Source: Psychrobacter sp. DM4 (GTDB lineage: Bacteria > Pseudomonadota > Gammaproteobacteria > Pseudomonadales > Moraxellaceae). Taken from it: DNA of 32,000 nt. Below are positions 1 through 7,665 of this stretch, piece after piece. A program made the position numbers and the translations under genes. The DNA lies in contig NZ_CP195536.1 in assembly GCF_051307035.1 (NCBI RefSeq), forward strand, positions 1,110,001-1,142,000. Reading direction: 5' to 3'. The notes below the pieces were generated by a model. That model did not search any database. It saw nothing but the letters and a program-made list of their open reading frames with translations, and was not told the origin of the DNA. Numbering within the stretch: position 1 is the first letter of the stretch; every line of letters starts with the position of its first letter.

Positions 1-487
1 CTTTATGGGACCTGTCGTGGATGACAAGCAGCTCGCCTCAAATATGGACTGGGTCGAAAAGGGCAAGCAGGAAGGCGGTAATTTAGCCTTTGGCGGTGAG
101 CGCCTAGAGATGGCCAATGATGGCTATTATATGTCGCCAACTTTGTTCACAGAAACTGATAACAGCTGGGATATTAACCAAGAAGAAGTGTTTGCGCCGC
201 TGGCTTGCGTTATGCGCGCCAAAGATTTGGAAGAAGCAATTGCCATGACTAACGATACGCGCTTTGGTTTGACAGGTAGCATCATTACCCAGAGTCTGCG
301 TAATAGCGCGATGTTTAAAGAGCAAGTGCAAGCGGGCTGCGTCATGGTTAATCTGGCGACGGCGGGTACGGATTATCATGTGCCTTTTGGTGGCCGTAAA
401 GAGTCAAGCTTTGGTCCGCGTGAGCAAGGTCAGTATGCCAAAGAGTTTTATACCATCGTCAAGACCGCTTATCAAAAAGCGTATTAA
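1..487 (+). CDS. NAD(P)-dependent aldehyde dehydrogenase, C-terminal fragment (gene starts upstream of the window)
   Basis: The frame is open from base 2. The translation carries typical ALDH C-terminal motifs (EEVFAPL, GLTGSIIT, VMVN, PFGG.K.S.FG). It ends at the TAA at 485-487. Confidence 0.85.
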   Translation, partial: FMGPVVDDKQLASNMDWVEKGKQEGGNLAFGGERLEMANDGYYMSPTLFTETDNSWDINQEEVFAPLACVMRAKDLEEAIAMTNDTRFGLTGSIITQSLRNSAMFKEQVQAGCVMVNLATAGTDYHVPFGGRKESSFGPREQGQYAKEFYTIVKTAYQKAY

Positions 488-504
488 TAAGATAAGGCGT
501 AGAT

Positions 505-619
505 GTAGGGTGGGTTAGTTTTTCAAGCTCTTGTAAAGAGTGCTGACAAAACGTAACCCGCCACTTTAAATGTAAATTGCTAAATGTCGGCGGGTTACGC
601 TGTCGCTAACCCACCCTAC
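505..619. repeat. REP/MITE-like nested palindromic intergenic element
   Basis: The outer 14-bp arms are perfect: GTAGGGTGGGTTAG (505-518) and CTAACCCACCCTAC (606-619). The inner 11-bp arms are also perfect: CGTAACCCGCC (552-562) and GGCGGGTTACG (589-599). It lies just after the ALDH stop. Confidence 0.6.
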
Positions 620-662
620 GTCAGAATTAAGTTTAAGAATGAGTCATAAGAGGGATATCAAT

Positions 663-1652
663 ATGTACCAAGATCATATCGTCATCGACGGTTTGCAGTA
701 TAGCCACTGGGATCGCGACTACTTCAAGATGCTAAAAAATAGCGGTATCAATGCGATGCACGCCACCTTGGTCTATCACGAAGATGCGCGTCAGACCATA
801 ACCCGTTTCGCTGAGTGGCACACTCGCTTTGAGCAAAATTCTGATTTGATTATGCCTGTATATTCGGTCAACGATATCCAAACGGCAAAAGAGCAGGGCA
901 GGGTCGGTATCTTCTTTGGCGCGCAAAATTGCTCGTCTATCGATGATGAGATTGGTCTGATTAGCGTTATGCGCCGTTTAGGTTTACTCATCATGCAGCT
1001 GACGTATAACAATCAAAGCCTGCTAGCGACAGGTTGTTATGAGTCAAAGGATAGTGGGGTCACGCGTTTTGGTGAACAAGCGATAGCGGAGATGAATCGC
1101 GTCGGTATGATTGTCGATATGTCACACAGCGCTGAGCAGTCCACGCTTGAGGCGATAGAAGTATCGTCGCGTCCGATTTGTATCAGCCATGCCAATCCAA
1201 CTACCGCTCACGATGCGCTGCGTAATAAATCAGATACCGTTATTAGTGCTTTAACCAAAGCGGGCGGATTGCTTGGTTTTAGCTTATATCCCTTTCATTT
1301 GCCAAACGGTAGCGATTGTACGCTTGATGATTTTTGTACCATGATTGCCAACTGTGCGGATAAATACGGCGTAGAGCATTTAGCGATTGGTAGTGATCTA
1401 TGCCTAAATCAGCCCAAATCTGTACTTGAATGGATGCGTAACGGGCGCTGGTCCAAAGCGATGGATTATGGTGAAGGTAGTTCAAATAATTCAGGATGGC
1501 CGGATAATCTGCCTTGGTTTGCAGGTAAAAAAGGCATGGAAAATATCTATAACGGTCTGCTCAAGCATGGTTTTAACGAGTCTGACGCGGGCAAGATCAT
1601 CGGTCAAAACTGGTTTGACTTTTTGGAGCAAGGGCTTAAGCCTGCGCCTTAG
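663..1652 (+). CDS. Membrane-dipeptidase (peptidase M19) family protein
   Basis: The ORF is 639-1652. I prefer the ATG at 663 because GAGG at 650-653 lies 9 nt upstream. The translation is M19-like (VIDGLQYSHW, GIFFGAQN, DMSH, ISHANP, IGSD). Confidence 0.8.
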   Translation: MYQDHIVIDGLQYSHWDRDYFKMLKNSGINAMHATLVYHEDARQTITRFAEWHTRFEQNSDLIMPVYSVNDIQTAKEQGRVGIFFGAQNCSSIDDEIGLISVMRRLGLLIMQLTYNNQSLLATGCYESKDSGVTRFGEQAIAEMNRVGMIVDMSHSAEQSTLEAIEVSSRPICISHANPTTAHDALRNKSDTVISALTKAGGLLGFSLYPFHLPNGSDCTLDDFCTMIANCADKYGVEHLAIGSDLCLNQPKSVLEWMRNGRWSKAMDYGEGSSNNSGWPDNLPWFAGKKGMENIYNGLLKHGFNESDAGKIIGQNWFDFLEQGLKPAP

Positions 1653-1760
1653 CATTAAGAACCTTGCAAGCATAGCTATTTACTACCGTTAAAAGTCACT
1701 TCGCTATAAAGCACCTGCTGCTTCATAGCGCTCATTGTCATTTAGAGATACAGATTTTAG

Positions 1761-1774
1761 AGGATAATTATCCT
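1761..1774. promoter_or_regulatory. Perfect 14-bp palindrome AGGATAATTATCCT, a candidate operator upstream of the BCCT gene
   Basis: The sequence is self-complementary and sits 64 nt upstream of the preferred BCCT start at 1838. Confidence 0.4.
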
Positions 1775-1837
1775 ATTTAGACTCTCATTTGATTTGTACC
1801 TTAGTTAATTTTGATGCAACAGGACTGGAGCCATACC

Positions 1838-3517
1838 ATGGCCGATTTAAAAGGATTTAACGATAAAGAGCAGGGACGCTCACACAATCCAAGCTCAACT
1901 TCGGGCAACTTAACTCGCACGGAAGTCTCAACAGATACTTTAGGTCTCAAAAACCCAGCCTTTTGGTACAGCGGCGGTTTTATTACCCTCTTTGTATTGA
2001 TGGCAATATTTGCAGAAGAGCAACTAGCCGTCGTCGTAAATACCGCTTTTGCTTGGTCAGCCAATATCTTTGGCCCCTTTTGGCAGATATTACTATTAGC
2101 GACTTTTGTGATTGCACTCGCCGTTGGTGCTGGTCGTACGGGACGAGTTATTTTGGGCAACCTGCCTAAGCCTGAGATGGATAATTTTAAGTGGATGGCT
2201 ATTTTGTTTTGTACGCTGCTTGCAGGTGGCGGAGTGTTTTGGGCAGCGGCTGAACCTATCGCGCATTTTGTCTCAGCGCCACCTTTATATGGTGAGTCGC
2301 CAGATTTGCAACAACGTGCTTTTAATGCTTTATCCCAGTCCTTTATGCATTGGGGCTTTTTGGCGTGGTCGATTGTCGATAGTTTAACGGCGATCGTCGT
2401 GATGCATTTGCATTATGACAAGGGTCTACCGCTCAAACCGCGTACGCTCTTGTATCCTGTGTTCGGCGAGCGCGTGCTCACCGGTCAGACCGGCGCTATT
2501 ATCGATGCTTGTTGTATTATCGCAGTAGCGGCAGGCACGATTGGACCTATTGGATTTTTGGGATTGCAGACGAGCTATGCATTAAATGAGCTGTTTGGCA
2601 TTCCTGATACTTTTATCACTCAGCTCCTCATTATTGTCTTCGCTATTATTCTCTATACGATTTCTGCGATCAGTGGTCTGGCTCGGGGTATGCAGCTGCT
2701 CAGTCGATTTAACGTCATATTAGCCGTTGTACTTATGGTCTTTATCTTAGCGTTTGGACCGACCAACTTTATTGTCAACGGCTATATCCAAGGCGTGGGT
2801 ACTATGGTTGACAACTTCATTCCAATGGCGACTTTTCGCGGTGATGAGGATTGGCTTGGCTGGTGGACGGTATTCTTTTGGGGTTGGTTCTTAGGGTATG
2901 GTCCTATGATGGCAATCTTTATCGCGCGCATCTCGCGTGGTCGTACCATTCGCCAGCTGATAACGACCGTTTGTATTATCGCGCCACTCGTGACTTGTTT
3001 TTGGTTCACCGTCGTTGGCGGTTCAGGTCTAGCTTTTGAGATTGCCAATCCGGGTAGCGTGAGCGCCGCTTTTGAAGGCTTTAACTTGCCAGGCGCGCTC
3101 CTTGCGGTCACCCAGCAATTACCGTTCCCTCTAATTACCTCGATATTGTTCTTGATTTTGACCACCGTCTTTATCGTGACCACAGGCGATTCGATGACTT
3201 ATACCATCAGTGTCGTTATTAGCGGCGAGCATGAGCCAAACGCTATGATACGTACCTTTTGGGGCGTAATGATGGGGATTACCGCTATTGTTTTGATCTC
3301 CTTGGGTGCAGGCGGCGTCAGCGCATTACAATCCTTTATCGTGATTACCGCAGTGCCCGTGTCCTTTATTTTACTACCGTCACTCTGGAATGGACCACAA
3401 ATCGCTCAGCAAATGGCGCGAGATCAAGATCTGTACCGACCTAACCGTGTAGAAACCAATCATAAAATCGCTGAGGAGCAGCTTGCTAAAGAAAGACAAG
3501 CTAAGAATATTAAGTAA
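1838..3517 (+). CDS. BCCT-family (betaine/carnitine/choline) transporter
   Basis: The ORF is 1811-3517. I prefer the ATG at 1838 because GGAG lies 7 nt upstream. The protein is polytopic and carries the BCCT signature WTVFFWGWFLGYGPMMAIFIARISRGRTIRQL. Confidence 0.9.
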   Translation: MADLKGFNDKEQGRSHNPSSTSGNLTRTEVSTDTLGLKNPAFWYSGGFITLFVLMAIFAEEQLAVVVNTAFAWSANIFGPFWQILLLATFVIALAVGAGRTGRVILGNLPKPEMDNFKWMAILFCTLLAGGGVFWAAAEPIAHFVSAPPLYGESPDLQQRAFNALSQSFMHWGFLAWSIVDSLTAIVVMHLHYDKGLPLKPRTLLYPVFGERVLTGQTGAIIDACCIIAVAAGTIGPIGFLGLQTSYALNELFGIPDTFITQLLIIVFAIILYTISAISGLARGMQLLSRFNVILAVVLMVFILAFGPTNFIVNGYIQGVGTMVDNFIPMATFRGDEDWLGWWTVFFWGWFLGYGPMMAIFIARISRGRTIRQLITTVCIIAPLVTCFWFTVVGGSGLAFEIANPGSVSAAFEGFNLPGALLAVTQQLPFPLITSILFLILTTVFIVTTGDSMTYTISVVISGEHEPNAMIRTFWGVMMGITAIVLISLGAGGVSALQSFIVITAVPVSFILLPSLWNGPQIAQQMARDQDLYRPNRVETNHKIAEEQLAKERQAKNIK

Positions 3518-3698
3518 CAGACGCTAAGTTATAGACAATAGGTCACTGGTAAATTATTAATAAAACCAGTAGTTTATAAGGGTATATTTTCATTTTAAAT
3601 GAGGATATACCCCAAGTGCATGAAACAGGTAAAAGAGGTTGTTTGTCGCAACGGTTGACTGTTTTTAGGGTCAACCCTTTATATAAGGTAGTGTCATT

Positions 3699-5459
3699 AT
3701 GAATGTGATTCAGGCAAGTAATAATAGTCTTGACGTAGTGGCACAGCCTTTACGCAGCCCTGATACAGTGATGAGTGCTCAAAGGCTAGGTGCTATGCAT
3801 CAAACGCGCATCAGCTTTGTGCGCACACTACTGCGTAAAATTGATAAGGAGCAATGGACGCTGACAACTCATCTTTGGGATTTGGACGAGGGCGGCTATG
3901 GGCAAGTGATTTATCGCTTGCAAACGCCTGAGCACACTTACCATCTCGTCGTGTTTTGCCAAGCGCTTGCCGATGATGAGCGTAACGATCGCGTCATAGC
4001 GCAAAAGTGGGATGTTACCTTCGGTCTGGTATTTGGCGAGATCAGCCAAGAGCTGCTCGACAATCTAAAGGCTAACGTGCCGCTACAAGAAGCGGGACGC
4101 AACTCCAACATGGTTATGGTATTGGCGCGCGCCAACAAAAGCGTGCGCGTCTTTGATCATATTGTCTCATCATTAGCCGAGGGTCAGCAGCCTGATCTCG
4201 ATATACTCGCGCAAGTCGGTTATATCCTGCGTACCACGGCGGTCTATGGCAATGGTAAGTTTGGCATTTACGACTTTAAGCCACTGGATCACAGCGAGGA
4301 TTTTAATCAGTCGTTTCGCGCGCAGATGTGCGCCGTTTATTTGTTACGTGAATTTAGCCTAGATTGGGTAGATTTTTTGGCGAAGAAAAAAGGCGGCAGC
4401 AAAGCGGTCACCTTGCATCCAGAGATCAAGCGGTATCTAGGTATTGGTAATGCGACGGGATTAGGTATGGCGCCTTATCTGATTAATCATCCTTGTATCG
4501 TTGATCAATGGCTGACCACGCGTGAAGAGGCGCTACAATCTGTTCTAGTCTGTACGATTGAGCCTGAAAGGCTTGCTTATTTTTCAAGTTTATTGAGCCG
4601 CGCCATTCAGCATTTCACTGAAATTATCACTATTAATGAGCAGCAAGTGACGTTGAATGAAACTGTCGTCGCAGAGCTTACGCTATTACAAAATAACATG
4701 CTCATGACAATGAAGGGCTATAAGCGTTGGGGTGATTTTTTGCAAGATCATGAGCATCTCAATTATGAGAGCCAAGAGGTGATGATCTCTTGCTTAATTG
4801 AGCTGTATCCTGAGCGCGTGGATAACTTTCAAGAAAAGGTCAATGCCGATGAGACCCTATCGCTGCCTAAAGGCAAAACCGTTCAAGACTTAATAACAGT
4901 GCTTGAGACTCGCTATCAATGGGCCATTACGATAGATTTCAGTGTGCCTGATAACCGCTATTGGTTTTGGTATCGCTCAGTGGACAAAGAGGAGCCACGT
5001 ATGGGCGTACGCGGACAAGAGCAGGGCGATGATCGAGAGTTATTCTTAGATATTGCCCGCCAAACCAACAAGCTATACTTGACGCTAAAACAGGCTGATT
5101 CCGAGCAGCTTATCTCGCAGTTTATCTTAGGTGCGCCCAAGTATCGCGCTATCGCCAGACGCGTCTGGACGATGGGGCATAAGCCTATGGGCGATATCCA
5201 AATCAATGTGCTCAAAAAGGACACTTTGCCTATTCATCTACTCCGCTGTAAGCTTTCTATGTTTGGCGCAACCAAATTTGACCCCAGATCCGATCGCTGG
5301 GTACGTGTCACTTTGTTCCAAGGCGCGCCTTTATTTTATGAAGTACATAGTGATGAGTGGCTGTTTCCGCTATTGCCTAAGCTTGACGAGTCTGCGGCAG
5401 AACCCAAGAATACAGCTGTACTAAAGGTATCGGCGTCAGATCAGGAGGCGGCGCTATGA
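3699..5459 (+). CDS. Hypothetical cytoplasmic protein, 586 aa, no family recognised
   Basis: A long ORF with no competing frame. AAGG lies upstream of the ATG. I see no signal peptide, TM segment, Walker A motif or obvious catalytic motif. Confidence 0.75.
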   Translation: MNVIQASNNSLDVVAQPLRSPDTVMSAQRLGAMHQTRISFVRTLLRKIDKEQWTLTTHLWDLDEGGYGQVIYRLQTPEHTYHLVVFCQALADDERNDRVIAQKWDVTFGLVFGEISQELLDNLKANVPLQEAGRNSNMVMVLARANKSVRVFDHIVSSLAEGQQPDLDILAQVGYILRTTAVYGNGKFGIYDFKPLDHSEDFNQSFRAQMCAVYLLREFSLDWVDFLAKKKGGSKAVTLHPEIKRYLGIGNATGLGMAPYLINHPCIVDQWLTTREEALQSVLVCTIEPERLAYFSSLLSRAIQHFTEIITINEQQVTLNETVVAELTLLQNNMLMTMKGYKRWGDFLQDHEHLNYESQEVMISCLIELYPERVDNFQEKVNADETLSLPKGKTVQDLITVLETRYQWAITIDFSVPDNRYWFWYRSVDKEEPRMGVRGQEQGDDRELFLDIARQTNKLYLTLKQADSEQLISQFILGAPKYRAIARRVWTMGHKPMGDIQINVLKKDTLPIHLLRCKLSMFGATKFDPRSDRWVRVTLFQGAPLFYEVHSDEWLFPLLPKLDESAAEPKNTAVLKVSASDQEAAL

Positions 5460-6181
5460 TCGTCTCACGTAACGAGATCGTCTCTATGGTATACAAGGCG
5501 TTCTCAGGCTTGCACCGTGAAGTCGGTGAGGCAGATTTAGTCGCTACTATGGTCGCTGAATTGCAAATGGCAGGGCTGGATGGTGTGGGCCAATTTAACA
5601 ACGCTACGCCTTTTATTCTAAAAGAACAAGACACGCCTATAGAGATTATTCATCAAGATATAGGTGAGGTTAGTCTAAATTTGCATAACAGTAGTCTGGC
5701 CTGTCACCTGCCCGCGGTTATGGACTATGCACTTGAGCTGATGGACAATCGCGATCATTTCAAAATGACCTTGCAAAACTGTCATAATCGCTGGCTTGCA
5801 TATAGCGAGCTTGTGAGTTTGGCGGCAAAAGGCTTAGCTTGCCTTGCAAAATGGGACAACGGTCATGCGCCTAAGCATACGCTATTTACTTTAAATCAAG
5901 GTTTTGTCTATCCAGATATCTACTTTTTTGATGAGAGGCAAACGCGTCACGATACCAACGATATGGTCATTGAGCTTGCCACTAGCAATTTTGACATTGA
6001 GCAAGAGATTGAACACTTTAGTCATAAGATATCGACCGATGAGCTGTTTGAAACCCATCAGCGCGCATGGAAGCAAGGCATCTACGTTGATGATGAACAG
6101 TGGGCGATACTCAAACAGACGGCCGCTGCGATACTGGTCGAGAACAGTGAAGCTTCAAGTAAAGGCGCAGGCGGCGTCTAG
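5456..6181 (+). CDS. Hypothetical acidic protein, 241 aa, translationally coupled to the 586-aa ORF
   Basis: Its ATG overlaps the upstream stop (ATGA, 4-bp overlap at 5456-5459). A terminator follows downstream. No family could be confidently recognised. Confidence 0.7.
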   Translation: MIVSRNEIVSMVYKAFSGLHREVGEADLVATMVAELQMAGLDGVGQFNNATPFILKEQDTPIEIIHQDIGEVSLNLHNSSLACHLPAVMDYALELMDNRDHFKMTLQNCHNRWLAYSELVSLAAKGLACLAKWDNGHAPKHTLFTLNQGFVYPDIYFFDERQTRHDTNDMVIELATSNFDIEQEIEHFSHKISTDELFETHQRAWKQGIYVDDEQWAILKQTAAAILVENSEASSKGAGGV

Positions 6182-6238
6182 TATGGCAAACATCGAAGCA
6201 AAAGCATAAATAATCTATAAAACTTATAAAGCATACAG

Positions 6239-6271
6239 AGCGGTTTGTTATGATAACTAGCCGCTTTTTTG
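6239..6271 (+). terminator. Rho-independent terminator after the 586/241-aa pair
   Basis: AGCGG (6239-6243) pairs with CCGCT (6261-6265). The stem extends inward imperfectly and is followed by a T-run at 6265-6270. Confidence 0.6.
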
Positions 6272-6485
6272 TGATGATCTGATTATGCTAGTCTGATTTT
6301 TTACCCAAGATAGTAAACATTGGAAAGTAAGCTGATTAGGGCTATAACTTACGCTTGTTATAATGATCTATTTGGCGCACTATAGAGCCTAACTAGGCGA
6401 TAAGGCTATGATTTTATTGATAGCTTTGAGTTAGATTTAAGCCCAAGGATAGGGCACCATACCAACGATTTATATTGGCGTTTTT

Positions 6486-7526
6486 ATGACACGCAATTTG
6501 TCAGCTCATTCACTCAAAGCATCGATAGTCATACTGGTTTTGGTATTACACGGCGCTACAGTGTGGGCGATGATGTCTATAGAAACGCCTACGCGCGCTG
6601 AGATAATACCTGTCACCAAACCGATTCAAATAGAGCTGATCACACTGGAGGCGGCTACGAAAAGTGTAAACACAGACTCAAAACTTGTCACGCCTATACC
6701 TGAAAACGTAAAAGTAGCCGAGCCTCAATCAACACCAAAGTCAGTTGCACCAAAACCAGCAGTCTTGCCAGCCAAAGACAAACCTGTGCTAGCAGTCAAA
6801 GAGTCTAATAAATCATTACAGATAGCTGATTCCAAGATAGAAGAAACACAAGATAATATATCATCAACGGATACTCCCAATACAGAGTCTAGCCAAGAGC
6901 GTACCTCTTCAGCGCTACAAAGTGCGACAATAACAGAGTCCAGAACTTCATCTAGCGATGCCACTCAAACAGAAGACTCCGAATTTGATCTTGCTGCTAT
7001 GATTAGAGCAATCAACGCGCAGCACAAGCGCGAGCAAGCAGAGCAGCGTCGGTCTTTGGCCAGACAGACCGATAGGAAGCTCAAACAGCAAGAAGAATGG
7101 CGATTACAGGCTGAGAATGAAACCATTACTAAGATGCTTGCTTTAGCGGCTGAGCAAGCCGCGCAGCAACAAGAAGATATGGACAAGGTTGATAAGTCAG
7201 TGACCAAAAGCGATGAGATAACGCCTTTTATCGCAGATTATGGCAGCTGGCAGGATGAACGCGAACCGATTACTAGCCTGTCTTCAGTTGTCTGGAGAAG
7301 TATCGATAGAGATTTGGGGGATGTATTTATCGTATTACTAGAGTTGCATGTCACTAAAGAGGGCGATATCACCGAGGTACAAATACTTGAGACGTCAGGT
7401 AGTCCAATCATCGATGCTATATCAACCACGCAAGTCAGAGGCGGGCAACTTAATCCAATACAACAACAAGGTATCAAGGTCGATGCTATTGTGCCGATGT
7501 CTTTGATATACGAGCGACCATCCTAA
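6486..7526 (+). CDS. TonB-like energy-transducer family protein with a long low-complexity/coiled-coil linker
   Basis: It has an N-terminal TM anchor (IVILVLVLHGATVWAMM), a Pro/Lys-rich stretch (PKSVAPKPAVLPAKDKP) and an S/T/Q/E-rich linker. The C-terminal roughly 80 aa resemble a TonB C-terminal domain (VTKEGDITEVQILETSGSPIIDA). Confidence 0.6.
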   Translation: MTRNLSAHSLKASIVILVLVLHGATVWAMMSIETPTRAEIIPVTKPIQIELITLEAATKSVNTDSKLVTPIPENVKVAEPQSTPKSVAPKPAVLPAKDKPVLAVKESNKSLQIADSKIEETQDNISSTDTPNTESSQERTSSALQSATITESRTSSSDATQTEDSEFDLAAMIRAINAQHKREQAEQRRSLARQTDRKLKQQEEWRLQAENETITKMLALAAEQAAQQQEDMDKVDKSVTKSDEITPFIADYGSWQDEREPITSLSSVVWRSIDRDLGDVFIVLLELHVTKEGDITEVQILETSGSPIIDAISTTQVRGGQLNPIQQQGIKVDAIVPMSLIYERPS

Positions 7527-7597
7527 CAACAGCTACGCCGCAATTAAGTGGTAAGGCAATGAGCTATGATTAAATAGTCTTTGCACATTGACAAAAT

Positions 7598-7632
7598 AAA
7601 AGCCCTGAACTCACAATGAGAACAGGGCTTTT
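7598..7632. terminator. Bidirectional intrinsic terminator between convergent genes
   Basis: AAAAGCCCTG (7598-7607) pairs with CAGGGCTTTT (7623-7632). A-rich and T-rich flanks lie on both sides. Confidence 0.7.
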
Positions 7633-7665
7633 ATTTTGAGAGTTTGAAACTTGACTGTTAAATGT

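Noticed and set aside
2782-3183. A 133-aa antisense ORF, and several 60-100-aa ORFs, inside the first BCCT gene. Similar short ORFs occur inside most other genes in the track.
   Set aside because: They overlap strongly supported genes in other frames or on the other strand. They show no recognisable domains and no independent translation signals, so I treat them as spurious.
3699-6181. The 586/241-aa pair as an anti-phage defence system
   Set aside because: I saw no P-loop, nuclease, TIR, SIR2, helicase or transmembrane effector signature. There are no neighbouring defence, integrase or mobile-element genes. The context is metabolic and transport. I cannot exclude it, but I do not assert it.
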